From the IMG/VR virus record IMGVR_UViG_3300032326_001179: a stretch of DNA of 64,000 bases; one strand, written 5' to 3'. Position numbers and translations under genes: made by a program. A model generated the notes under the pieces. That model was not told where the DNA came from. It was given only the letters and a program-made list of their open reading frames with translations, and searched no databases. Source of the stretch: an uncultured virus (IMG/VR IMGVR_UViG_3300032326_001179) (taxonomy: Duplodnaviria; Heunggongvirae; Uroviricota; Caudoviricetes). Numbering within the stretch: position 1 is the first letter of the stretch; every line of letters starts with the position of its first letter. Below, piece by piece: positions 36,264-47,146 of the stretch.

Positions 36264-38882
36264 ATGAAAAATAAATTACCTTCTTATATAGATTCATATT
36301 CTTTTGGTTCTAGAAAAATATATTCTGATTTAATAATAGAGGCAAAAAAAGATAAAAGAAATATATCTGATATAGCTAAAAAGTTGGTCAACTCAAGTGC
36401 CTTAAATAGGTATGTTGGGATAGGTGTTCAACCCTATACAAATGGAAGCGTTGATACATTTATTGACTTTTTTAGAAATATGAATATTGAAACAGTAAAC
36501 TACTTTGATTCAATGAATCTTATAGGTTCAACTCTTAATAGTATGATTGATGTTCTTGGTTCCGAAGTCGCAAAACTGGAAAAAAATATTAAAGAATTAG
36601 AAATATATGTTGATAATTTTTCTTTTATTTCTGGAGAAGATGACTTATTTAATGGATCTTTTGTAGAGACTTTTTCTGATGATTCTAATTTGTTTAAAAA
36701 TGATAATTATTTTGAAAGATATAAAGATAGAGATGGATCTTATTTTCTAGACAATGAAATAGCAATGGTAGATGTTGTTTCTGGAACCATGAAAAATGGA
36801 AACAGTTTTTTAACTGTACAAAAAAATCCAACTATAAAAGACTATAAAAATAATTACAGTTCGTACATATCTTCTTCTTCTAGTTTAGAAAATATGTTTT
36901 CTGATAACTCTTTTAAATCATGGAATGTAACAATCAAATCACCAACAATATTAAGATCTAGAATTACAGATTTTGAATCTGATGTTGGCTATGATTACTC
37001 ACAGATATCTGGAGCAAATGCTAGCGTTGTGTTTGACTTTGATTCAACACAAAGAATAAACTGCATTAGAGTAGCGCCAAATATGGGTGTAGACTTTCAG
37101 GTAGTACAAGTTATTCTATATCCACTGGGGATAGATCAAGGTAATAAAACATTGGTTTTAGATTCTCCTATTTTGGTAGATTCTGTTAAAGATATTTCTT
37201 TTGAAGAAAGAACAGTTAAATCTGTTAAACTAATTTTTAATCAACCAAGATATAAAAGAATACAACTAACCGCTTCTTCCTCAGAACAACAGGCAAAAAT
37301 ATTCAATGATTACATATCTAAAATAAGAGAAGCTAGAAAAAATAGTCACGACAAACTCCAAGATATTGTTTATTCATATTTTTTAATAAGAAATAATATA
37401 GCGTATCAAAATAGTGACCCAAGATATGTGCAGACAATGTATACATATAGATACCCATGTTCTGAAACAGAGCCAGTTTATGGGTCTTTAAGTGAATTTT
37501 TATCTGATAAAAAATCATTCATAGAATTAGATGCTAAAAACAAGTTTAGTTCAAACAACCCAGTAACTATTTTCGTTGAATCAATTGTTTCATATGTTCT
37601 TGGCTCCAAGTATAGAATGTCTCCATCGGTTTATATATCAACTAAAAATTCTTTTAATCCATTAAAAGTTTCAGATATTGATCATAACGGAGCGCTTCCT
37701 ATCTCTGGTTACAATCAACCATATTCCCAATCTTCACATAGTGAATCTCAAATGATAGCAACCTCTAGCCTATCTGATCTGCATGGCCAATTATTCAATA
37801 ATGATATAACTGGATCTTACGAATACTCAATGTCAATTAAAAGTATTAAATTTGGTAGCGTAATTAACAGTTCACCTTCAAACTCAAATGTTGGAAATAA
37901 TCTGAGGCAGTCAAAAACATTCTTTATTTCAAGAAGAATACAAACTGGTGGCTATATAGGAGCGCTAAAAATTAAGTCAGTTAATGAAATTCCTAAATCA
38001 ACAAATTCAAATCTAGACTTAAAAGATACTGCATCAATAGAATACTCTGTGACTATCGCACAAGATGCTTCAGAAGACTCCGCTTGGATTCCCATTCTTC
38101 CGTATGGGGAAAACTCCGTAACGACAGAAATGCTGATGCCTACCCTAGGAAACGGTAGGTGTAGACTAAGATTTGCAGCAGTTTTTTCTAGCCTTATTGT
38201 TTACGAAAACGGAAAAAGAATACCAATGTCTAGGATGGCAGCAGACGGAACATCTTTTGGTAGGATAATTACAATATCATCTTTTGACCCATCTAAAACA
38301 TACATTGCTAGTTACAAGGTTGATAGACAGATAACTGATCCAAACATAGTAGATTTTTCTTTAGTTTCTGGTCAAGCTTTTTATTCTAGAATAATATTTG
38401 ATGAGAATGGCACAGGAGAACCATTGTCTACTCAGGGTTCAGAAAATAAAGCAACCCTTACATATGATCCTTATATAGATTATTCAAAGTTTTCAGTAGA
38501 TTATTCATATTCTGATGTAACTGGAATGAATTATAATGGCACTAGAGATCAATATCGTCCTGTGCAAGTTAAGTTAGAAAATGGATCTTACGCAATCAAT
38601 TTAACTAACTATCTTCCAAATAGAAATGTAAAATATGCACTGCCTAGCTTGGGAAGTTCTCAAATATACTTTATTCAGCAGGGGCGAAATCTGGTTTTTA
38701 GTCAATCTGTTAAAAACTTTAGGGCAATATATGAATATATTCCAGAAAATATGAGATACAAAATTGTAATAAGAAGTTTTGATAGCGATATAGAATCAAG
38801 CGCGTACGTAGATAATTTTGTGTTAAAATATCAGATTAAGAAAACAGATAGTTTTTCTGACAAACTCTTGAAAGTAGTATAA
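36264..38882 (+). CDS. Tail/baseplate-associated structural protein (paralogue series)
   Basis: ATG at 36264 follows the upstream stop, with AAGGA upstream; coiled coil followed by a beta-rich body. Confidence 0.6.
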   Translation: MKNKLPSYIDSYSFGSRKIYSDLIIEAKKDKRNISDIAKKLVNSSALNRYVGIGVQPYTNGSVDTFIDFFRNMNIETVNYFDSMNLIGSTLNSMIDVLGSEVAKLEKNIKELEIYVDNFSFISGEDDLFNGSFVETFSDDSNLFKNDNYFERYKDRDGSYFLDNEIAMVDVVSGTMKNGNSFLTVQKNPTIKDYKNNYSSYISSSSSLENMFSDNSFKSWNVTIKSPTILRSRITDFESDVGYDYSQISGANASVVFDFDSTQRINCIRVAPNMGVDFQVVQVILYPLGIDQGNKTLVLDSPILVDSVKDISFEERTVKSVKLIFNQPRYKRIQLTASSSEQQAKIFNDYISKIREARKNSHDKLQDIVYSYFLIRNNIAYQNSDPRYVQTMYTYRYPCSETEPVYGSLSEFLSDKKSFIELDAKNKFSSNNPVTIFVESIVSYVLGSKYRMSPSVYISTKNSFNPLKVSDIDHNGALPISGYNQPYSQSSHSESQMIATSSLSDLHGQLFNNDITGSYEYSMSIKSIKFGSVINSSPSNSNVGNNLRQSKTFFISRRIQTGGYIGALKIKSVNEIPKSTNSNLDLKDTASIEYSVTIAQDASEDSAWIPILPYGENSVTTEMLMPTLGNGRCRLRFAAVFSSLIVYENGKRIPMSRMAADGTSFGRIITISSFDPSKTYIASYKVDRQITDPNIVDFSLVSGQAFYSRIIFDENGTGEPLSTQGSENKATLTYDPYIDYSKFSVDYSYSDVTGMNYNGTRDQYRPVQVKLENGSYAINLTNYLPNRNVKYALPSLGSSQIYFIQQGRNLVFSQSVKNFRAIYEYIPENMRYKIVIRSFDSDIESSAYVDNFVLKYQIKKTDSFSDKLLKVV

Positions 38883-38885
38883 ATT

Positions 38886-41463
38886 ATGGCACAAGTATCA
38901 CCAAATACGTCAACATATGATTCAGCCGTATATAAGATTTCAAATTTTTTTGATAGATATTATAATAATGAATTTAAAACTCATGAAGATTTTATTAACG
39001 AATATCAAAAACTACTAAGTGAAGTCGAAGGTGCAGCTTCGGGGGTTATAACTCAGTACAATCCGCTGGTTAGGCGGACAGGTTCCGACCTCAAATCAAA
39101 TATTAAAATACTCAGCAGATATTACAGCGGATTCCGCCATAGTTTCCAGGCAGATAGATTACCTAGCTGCTAAAACAATTTCTGCATACAATCTTTTTAG
39201 TTCTGAGATAGCTAAAGAATCTAATTTTCTTGAAAAAATAAATTCAAAAGTAAAAGTATTACAATTATACTCAAAGAGTTTTAGTGACGACGTGTATTAC
39301 TATGGGGACTCATTTGATAACTTAGAAAAAGTTGATACTACCACTAATTACAGTATGCCGATAGCTGATGTGGTAAACGGATCACTTTCCCTTCCTGTCG
39401 TAGCAGGATCAAAATGGGCTGCAGACAATGTTTATATTAAAGAAAAAGACCAAAATAATAATATAGTATCAAATGGCATTTTAGGGAATAGCCATATGGC
39501 TTATTTTAATGGCCAACAAAGTTCAACTACGCTACCTCAAACGGCTTCTGAATATAAGTACTTCTTTGAAAGAACACTATCTTCATCTGTTACAGACGCA
39601 ATCAGAGATGATTCACCAAATACATATTTTGAATACGAAAAATTTAATATATCAAATTTAAATGGATCTGATTTTGATTATGAGTTTAAACACAGAAACA
39701 TTATTAATAATCAAAATACATTTATTCCATGGTCTACTAATGATAACAGCCCACTTGTTATGGAACTTGTCTTAGAAAAAAGAAGTCCATATATAGCTAA
39801 CTCTATAAAGGTGACGCCATTTTTTGGCCATGAAGAATCTGCGGTTCAGTCAATCTTACTAAAAGAAGTCAATGTATATACTTCTGACTCAAGTTTTCCT
39901 CAAGTAGAAAATGTTTTACAAAAACCAATAAACATAGGTTCATCTGTAGTCCCTGCCGCAGATGTTGATATTAACTATTATTTTTTTAAAGAAGCTAATA
40001 TAGATTTTTCAGAAAGAAGAGTATCAAAAATATCATTAAAGTTTGAACAAAGCCAATCCGTAGGCGTAACAATCAAACATGTTTACTGGGATGTTTCTTC
40101 TGTTAGAACAAGTTACCAATTTCAATTAGATGAAACAATTAGATTAAACAGGCAAAACATAAACCTGACATCGGCAGTAAGTTTAATACCAAATACAAGA
40201 TCATCCTGGTCGGCAAATGCAAGATTTAATCCAAACTTAGTGTATGCAGATCCAAAAGTTTCAGAAGTATCTGGTATAGAAAACTCTGTTTCAAGATTAA
40301 TGAACCCAATCGCCAATACCATATTTAATCAAATATCAACAAATTTAACTCAAGCAGTTTCTATCATCGCTAAAAAAGAAGTTGTTTATGATTATTATGT
40401 TATGAAAGTTTTAGACAAAAGAACTGGAACAACCGCAAACCCTGTTTACAAATATCTAGAAATTCCAGACTCAAGTGGAATAGGCTTCAAGCCGATTACA
40501 ACAGGAACGGTTATTCCTTTTCCGGGAGCAACACCAGTAACGGAATGGCAATACGAATTATCTTTAGCTCCCAGCGGTGCAACTCCTTTTGTTACTTGGT
40601 GGCCAGCAACGCATAAGTTATACGGCAATACTGCAATTAGAGAAGAAACAAAGAAGTTTCTGTCATCTACTGACATAAACGATCCAGTAATTGGTTCAAG
40701 ACTTTTACCATACGCCGCAACTCCAAACTACGCATCAATTGCAGCTACCCCATATCAAAATTTTGGAATTACCGAAGAAGCTTTTGACTGGTGGATGACA
40801 AAGTATAAACTTACAGGAGTGCATAAACAAGACTTCTATAAAGGTACCGCAACCCCAGCATACTACTTGGGAAATTACAAAGTTACAGACAGCGAAATAT
40901 TGTCAGAAAAACAACAGGTAGTAGCTAATCCGAATTTTATTTATAATATAAATTTAAATAAAAAGTACGAGATATTAAAAGATGGAGATATATACAATGG
41001 CCAAAGATTGAATGTAAGAAGATGGTCAATTGGATTAAGGGATCTTAAAATACAAAGCAATTCTTATCAAACAATGGCAGAAGTTATATCTAAACCATTT
41101 AACTTTCCATATCCAATAGAGTTTTTAATGCTTAACTCAGAATACTTTATACCAGCTGAGTACGCTTCGCAGCAAATAAATCAAAACAATAGGTACTTGT
41201 CTTACTATATATCAATAGATGATGGTGGCGAATGGCTGCCAATATCTCCTGTTGAAGATCCTTTTAATCAATCTATACCAGAAATATACGCGTTTGGTCA
41301 AAATGCTTCCGCAGAAACAAGAATACCAGGAGTTGCGTATGTTTTAAATACTCCTAACATAACATCTGTTAGAGTAAAAATCCAGATAGAAAGACCATCT
41401 TTTGTAAGTGGAACTCCAATTGTAAAATCATACCAGTTGGCAGCAAAGGTTAAAAGATCATGA
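38886..41463 (+). CDS. Tail/baseplate-associated structural protein (~858 aa); joined across a +1 shift at C39075
   Basis: YNPLVR-G-QVPTSNQILKYSADI... The +1 frame is open from 39076 into ORF 39292, filling an otherwise unexplained gap. Confidence 0.7.
39075..39078 (+). other. C-GGN +1 recoding site 8 (AGG CGGA CAG)
   Basis: In-frame CGG at codon 64. Confidence 0.8.
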
Positions 41464-43680
41464 TAGAAGATATTCAAAAAAGAAGATTCCTTAATAATCT
41501 CTATAAACTCGCGTATGCCTACGGAAATAGAATAGATGAAGAAACCGTAAAGGATGAGTATGCGGCTTATTTTAGACAAAATCCACCTGGTGCGCCCATG
41601 TCATTGGAGCCAGAAAATTTAAGATCACAAAATATAATAAACATAGACTTCATTAACCATATGATGGCTATGTCTATATTTAATATGGACGTACTTTATG
41701 ATGCAGTGTTTGAATCAGTTGAAGATCTATTTTCAATAGTTACTTCTTTAAACGCAAGGATAGACTCCCTTAGGTCTAGAAGAGCTTCTTTAGAGAATAA
41801 AATAGATGATCATATATTTTCTATTACCAATAGTGATGGATACTTTGCTTCTATATCTGAGCAGTTCACAGATTTAAGTGGAATTGATACAAAATTTTCA
41901 AATGCGTTCTTTGATCAGGATGCTAGATGCGTAACACTCCCCGTTATTGCATCAAGCCGGATTTAACAATTTTGGAAACAATACATCTAGATCTAACGAT
42001 GTTTCTTATTCAATCTATTTAAATGGAACCGTTGTACAACAGTCTGCCCCAGCTGGGCAAACATCATCATTAATGTTTGATGGACTATCAGACACATACT
42101 GGACAAGTACATATGCAGCAACAAGCCCAGGAGTAGTCACTCTTAAGCTAGACGTTAGATCACTTTCTGCGTCAGCAATATCAAAGATATATGGAAGACT
42201 TGTTTCAGAAAAGCCTTCAAAAATAATTTTACAAATAGCAGACTCCACAACAAATACTGGAGAACCAAAAGTTTTCACAGCACAATCAGAAGAAGATCAT
42301 GATAATTTTGTCTTTAATTTTCAAAGCACAACGTTAAGTTCAATATCAATTTTTATTATAAAAAACGAACCAGATAGAATGGTCACATCTTCTGGCTCAA
42401 CCGTCTATGAGTATGATTTTTCAATCAGGGAACTCGCAATATCAGGACCATATTATGATACTTCGGCAACATATGTGTCATACCCAATTACAATTAACTC
42501 TACTGATAACACTAAATATACAATTGATAGGGTCTCTCTTGACGCACAAGTTCAGTCCGGTTTACAGAGTTCTATAGATTTCTTTATCGCCCAAGATAAT
42601 CCAGACGCTTTAACTGTAGATGATTTTGATTGGAGACCAATTTCTCCAGAAAACTTTGCTAACAAAATTAATCCAAACTTTATTGATTTTAATGGATCTA
42701 ATTTAGAATATTTAAATATAGTGAACTCAAGCAGTGTTGGATCTTCAGCTAGAAACATCCAATATTTTGACGAAAGTCCAACAAGAAATATTCCTGGCTT
42801 TGAGAATATATCTTTATATAGAATAGCAAAACTTAATTCAGAAAAAGATTACATAGAACCAATCATACTAGAAGGAACTAACAGATACTCATGGTATAGG
42901 GTTCCTTATATCCAGGGATTATCTAGAGATAATCAAAGATGGAAGAATCAGATTCTAAGTGGAGCAGATACTACAGTGCAGGTAATAGAATCCAATAATA
43001 CAATTTCAAGTTCAAGCTCTTTCTGGACAGCTCCCAACCTGGATTCTGGGGGAAGCGTATATATATCATTAGATATTTTATGTCCACAGGACATTACTTT
43101 TGAAAAAACATTTTCAAAAGATGATCAAAATTCATCTTTGTGGGATGTTTCAATATACCTAAATGGAAGCCTTATTTCTACCATATCAAACCAGATAAAC
43201 ACTGCAAATATATTGTGGAATCTTAAAAAAGGAAAAAATAATATAGCAATATTAATTGATGCAGCACCAAAAAATGCTGGCGAAACATACGGTGGACTAA
43301 GTGGATCTATTACCTTGTTACAGCAAGCCAGAATAAATCAGTATGGTTACATATATCAAAATTATCTGTCTAGTATAAATAAGTATATGTTAAGAGATAG
43401 TAATTCAGTTCTAAATAATGTTTTTTCTATTATAGAAATAGATACAGAAAAATATATAGTTTCTAATAAAAAGATTCTTCCAGATTCAAGAATATATTTT
43501 TATAATAATAATTCTACTTTTAATACAGTAAATTCAATTAGAGTTAAAGCAGAAATGAGAAGGCCATTGAGGGATTCTAAATCAACCCCAATGCTAACTT
43601 CTTATAGACTAAAATTTAAGAGATCAGAAACTATAGCAGATTCAATATCTATATCTGCATCTGATGCATTCGGAGGATAA
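41460..43680 (+). CDS. Tail/baseplate-associated structural protein (~739 aa); joined across a +1 shift at C41958
   Basis: CVTLPVIASS-G-FNNFGNN joins ORFs 41460 and 41947. Confidence 0.7.
41958..41961 (+). other. C-GGN +1 recoding site 9 (AGC CGGA TTT)
   Basis: In-frame CGG ATT TAA; the +1 frame is open to 43680. Confidence 0.8.
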
Positions 43681-43682
43681 TC

Positions 43683-44075
43683 ATGTCACCATATATGTAT
43701 AACGAATTCGATAACACAAAAAACATTGTACAGCCTCAATTTATTAGATATAGAAATATTTATAGGGGCCCAAGAAATAGTCAAAAAGAAAATTTAGAAC
43801 AAGATTCTTTTATCCAAGATGTTGAAAAGTTAAAAAAAAGAATAGTAAATGCCGAAGGAATCATAAAAACAATGACAGCTGCCTTCTACTTCCATAAAGC
43901 AGCTACGCCTAATACTTTAGACTCAACTCCATTTTTTTCGGCTAGTTTTTGGTACTATAATGACGAATCTCAAACTCCAGAAATTAATGGATCTACTTTA
44001 ACTTTAAGTGACACAGTGGAGATATCTAGCAGACTTTTTAGAATTATGAAGAAAATAAATAGAATGGAAAATTAG
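43683..44075 (+). CDS. Hypothetical structural protein
   Basis: 130-aa ORF with GGAGG RBS, a coiled coil and ATP/STP tripeptides. Confidence 0.6.
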   Translation: MSPYMYNEFDNTKNIVQPQFIRYRNIYRGPRNSQKENLEQDSFIQDVEKLKKRIVNAEGIIKTMTAAFYFHKAATPNTLDSTPFFSASFWYYNDESQTPEINGSTLTLSDTVEISSRLFRIMKKINRMEN

Positions 44076-44084
44076 GAGACCAAA

Positions 44085-45356
44085 ATGGTTGATAAAATAA
44101 CTACACAGAAAAGAACCAACCAGTACGGTGGAAACTATTCTAGCGACGAATATAACGCAAGAGTGGAAGAGAATTATCAAGATCTTGTTTATTTATACAA
44201 TAAATATAATTTAATAGATAAAAAAATAAATGATTATTTTGGAAGATTAGTTAAAGACCATATATTTTTAACGCAAGCAGTCAGAGATGCAGAAGACAGA
44301 CTGAAGGCTTTAGAAGCCTCAGAAAAGATGCTGTCTATACATTCTATGTCTCAGATTGAAAACTCAAGGTTTGCTGGACTTACCAATTATGCGATACCAA
44401 ATGCTGAGCAGTTAAGCTTTAACTCAATATATAACTTTATAACACTCCCATATGTTTCTGCCTCCTCTATATCAACCCTTAAATCGTACGCATCGGATGG
44501 AAAGCAAGTGGTTCCTGATTATATTAACTTTAATATAGTCAGCAATTCAAACATAGATGCTCCAGGAGCCGTCTTGGATACAACCCCACCTTACTTTAGC
44601 CTATATGACACATACGACAAGGTTTGGTCAAGGTCGGTTATATCAGAAACTGCTGACCCACAAGGTGCAGGAATGTATTTTTATGTAAGAGTTCCACAAA
44701 ATATTCCTAATCAAAAGATTAATAATATAAGATTTACACCCTATCCAATAAACTCAGTAGACATCCTTTCTGTAGAGTATACAAAGAACCCTACAGCAAC
44801 GTTATCTCAATCAGATGGTTGGAGACCACTCAACGAACTTTCTTTATATAACGACGATACCAATGCTGTTGGGTACGTGGCTCCAGGTGGTTGGAATAGG
44901 GCTGTCAATTCAGACGCCGTGCTGGGTGCTGGACCATTATACTTTAATGTTAACATTCAACAGACAGACAACAGACCAGTCACAGCAGTTAGAATATTAA
45001 TGAGACAGAGAAATTACTTTCAAGAAAACAACAAGTTCATATATACATATGGTCTTTCAGATCTTGACATCAGAGTCGATAAGTATTTGCCACAAGGCAA
45101 GGCTTTTATTAAATTTACTGCTCCAGAAAATACTTTAATTAATACTGTCTCAAGTGTAACCCCTAAGCTTTACAACGTTCCACTAAGTTTAATAGACCTA
45201 TGCTTCGACTATAGGGTATTGTATCCGACTTCTGGAGGAGGATATAGTGAGTCACCGCAGGGTGGATCATCTAGCATATGGGTTGAGGTAAGCCTGGCTC
45301 AGCTAGATGATGGAACAGTCCCCGTATTGTCTGATTTGATAATCAAATACACTTAA
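44085..45356 (+). CDS. Structural protein (coiled coil plus beta-rich domain)
   Basis: 423-aa ORF with AGGAG RBS; architecture resembles the upstream paralogues. Confidence 0.6.
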   Translation: MVDKITTQKRTNQYGGNYSSDEYNARVEENYQDLVYLYNKYNLIDKKINDYFGRLVKDHIFLTQAVRDAEDRLKALEASEKMLSIHSMSQIENSRFAGLTNYAIPNAEQLSFNSIYNFITLPYVSASSISTLKSYASDGKQVVPDYINFNIVSNSNIDAPGAVLDTTPPYFSLYDTYDKVWSRSVISETADPQGAGMYFYVRVPQNIPNQKINNIRFTPYPINSVDILSVEYTKNPTATLSQSDGWRPLNELSLYNDDTNAVGYVAPGGWNRAVNSDAVLGAGPLYFNVNIQQTDNRPVTAVRILMRQRNYFQENNKFIYTYGLSDLDIRVDKYLPQGKAFIKFTAPENTLINTVSSVTPKLYNVPLSLIDLCFDYRVLYPTSGGGYSESPQGGSSSIWVEVSLAQLDDGTVPVLSDLIIKYT

Positions 45357-45370
45357 TTCTAGGAAAATTG

Positions 45371-45408
45371 ATTACTATATAAATACAAATAACTTAACCA
45401 CAAGGAGT
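45371..45408 (+). promoter_or_regulatory. Candidate late promoter element (TACTATATAAATA) and strong RBS (AAGGAG)
   Basis: Lies in a rare 56-bp intergenic gap and contains TATAAATA at 45378-45385. The AT-rich background weakens the call. Confidence 0.3.
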
Positions 45409-45412
45409 TAAA

Positions 45413-46024
45413 ATGGCAACTTTTTACGTTGGGCCTAGACCAGTTCTCAAGGGTCGTAGCACAGCCGATATGGTAAACCCATATAAGGGTACGGCTGGAA
45501 CATATTCTTTCTACCCCTTATTTGCTAAGGGCCTCCTTGATGGAGCCCCAGACAACCATTACGTACCTGGTACTGGAGAGCGTCCTGGTAATAGATTCCT
45601 TTCGCAAATATTTAATGGGACCACTCTTTACATTCATCCATTATCTGGCACATTCCCTGATGGAACAGCCACATACGACGGTGCAAGATTTAAACCAAAA
45701 GAGTACAAGGGGTTAGATGGTGCAGTTGCGTTTCCATCTGGTTATGGCCATGCAGATCGTGTAACTGATTACAGCCTTTATAGCAATTACTTCTTTGATG
45801 GAGTAACTTCAGCAGAAATTTTTGCTGCCGGCTTTGGTCACGCAGCCAGAACAGAGGCACAAGGTGCTCCAGCTTCGTTTGGTGTATTTAGACCAACAGA
45901 GGCTCAGGGCGTAACAAGTTCTAAAATCTTTACAGATGGATATGGACAGGCAAATGAGACTGGTGAATATGGAAGAGAAAAAGTTCAAGAGTGGTACGGA
46001 GTTCCCTCAGCAAAAGCTCTTTAA
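45413..46024 (+). CDS. Gly/aromatic-rich internally repetitive protein, possibly a virion component
   Basis: 203 aa with strong RBS; repeats FPSGYGHA / FAAGFGHA / FTDGYGQA. Confidence 0.7.
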   Translation: MATFYVGPRPVLKGRSTADMVNPYKGTAGTYSFYPLFAKGLLDGAPDNHYVPGTGERPGNRFLSQIFNGTTLYIHPLSGTFPDGTATYDGARFKPKEYKGLDGAVAFPSGYGHADRVTDYSLYSNYFFDGVTSAEIFAAGFGHAARTEAQGAPASFGVFRPTEAQGVTSSKIFTDGYGQANETGEYGREKVQEWYGVPSAKAL

Positions 46025-46277
46025 TTATTATAAAACTCCTTTAGATCTTAAAAAAGATGACAGAGTTTCAGGAGCCTATGCCTGGTTAGCAATTGCTGGA
46101 TTAGTAATCTGCTATGATACATACGCAATAAAAACACAAAATGCCGAAACAATGACAAGGGCTTTTTGGAGAGCTACAGAATCTCCTCTTAAAGCAGCTT
46201 TGCCAATCATGGCATGGGGTGTTTTAACAGCTCATCTTTTAGCTGAAAAGAAAATAAGAAAAAGATTGTTTGGATAA
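45969..46277 (+). CDS. Small membrane protein (start uncertain)
   Basis: Two hydrophobic segments (AYAWLAIAGLVICY; LPIMAWGVLTAHLL); overlaps the 3' end of the upstream gene. Confidence 0.55.
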   Translation: MEEKKFKSGTEFPQQKLFNYYKTPLDLKKDDRVSGAYAWLAIAGLVICYDTYAIKTQNAETMTRAFWRATESPLKAALPIMAWGVLTAHLLAEKKIRKRLFG

Positions 46278-46323
46278 TAGATCGTTACAATAGCAAATAC
46301 AACATATGGGTCGCATGTTTTGT

Positions 46324-46332
46324 TGATATAAT
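46324..46332 (+). promoter_or_regulatory. Extended -10 promoter (TGaTATAAT)
   Basis: Exact TGn-TATAAT in the largest true intergenic gap, at the boundary between the structural and replication modules. Confidence 0.55.
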
Positions 46333-46356
46333 AGTCAGCAAGGCGAGACCAGTAAT

Positions 46357-46391
46357 CAATCCCGTCAATTTTATGACGGGATTGTTCATTT
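46357..46391 (+). terminator. Stem-loop, possible intrinsic terminator or leader hairpin
   Basis: Perfect 11-bp inverted repeat CAATCCCGTCA-atttta-TGACGGGATTG followed by TTCATTT. Confidence 0.6.
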
Positions 46392-46438
46392 AATGGGCAA
46401 GTTGATAGGTTTTTCTGGTTTTAGATAGGTAGTAATAG

Positions 46439-47146
46439 GTGTCAAAAGGTTTATTAGAAAAAACAATAGAAGAAAATTCTTTATCACAAGAATTAGCAGA
46501 CGAATATTTAAAAATATATATTGCCGACATAGATTGGGTTCCACATATCATAAAGTTGTGGAACAATTTTTATAATAAATCCAAAGATAAAGAGCAAGCA
46601 AATGAGATGGTTAAAAAAGCTATATCATGTGCAATCCTTTTGCCAGTAATTGATAATACAACGATTCCGAATCCTCCACATAGGCTTTTATTTTGGTGTA
46701 CAGGATGGGTTCAATTTAATGAAAGAGATTGGTTTTCTTTATTCAAAGAGACAATCGAAAAAGATCTTGAAGTTAAAAATTATAGAAAAGAAGTTATTAA
46801 ATCTGGTATTATAGATCCGATAGATTACTCCCCAATGAGTAGACAAGCTTTTAACTGGCTTTACGAAAGAGCATATAACTCTGGTGAAATTACAGAAGAA
46901 AATAAAACAGTAGTCACAGAAAAGTTAAAGAATATTGTAAGAATATATGGTGGTGCAGTCGTATGCAGTATCTTTATAAATCATGAAAACTTTTTAGAAA
47001 AAGTTATTAATTGGAGAAGTGGGTACTTCTTTGAAAAACAAATACATAGAGCTTATACAGTAGAAAAAATTAACAAAATCAAAAACATGGAATTTAGAAA
47101 AACTAATTCTGATTATATAAAGAAACCAAACAAGGAGATAAAATGA
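46439..47146 (+). CDS. Hypothetical protein
   Basis: 235-aa ORF with GTG start; stop overlaps the RNR start. Confidence 0.7.
   Translation: MSKGLLEKTIEENSLSQELADEYLKIYIADIDWVPHIIKLWNNFYNKSKDKEQANEMVKKAISCAILLPVIDNTTIPNPPHRLLFWCTGWVQFNERDWFSLFKETIEKDLEVKNYRKEVIKSGIIDPIDYSPMSRQAFNWLYERAYNSGEITEENKTVVTEKLKNIVRIYGGAVVCSIFINHENFLEKVINWRSGYFFEKQIHRAYTVEKINKIKNMEFRKTNSDYIKKPNKEIK

Noticed and set aside
45936..46030. Overlap of ORFs 45413 and 45936 as a twelfth recoding site
   Set aside because: The only CGG there (45997) is out of frame in ORF 45413, which ends on a complete repeat unit. A simple gene overlap is more likely.
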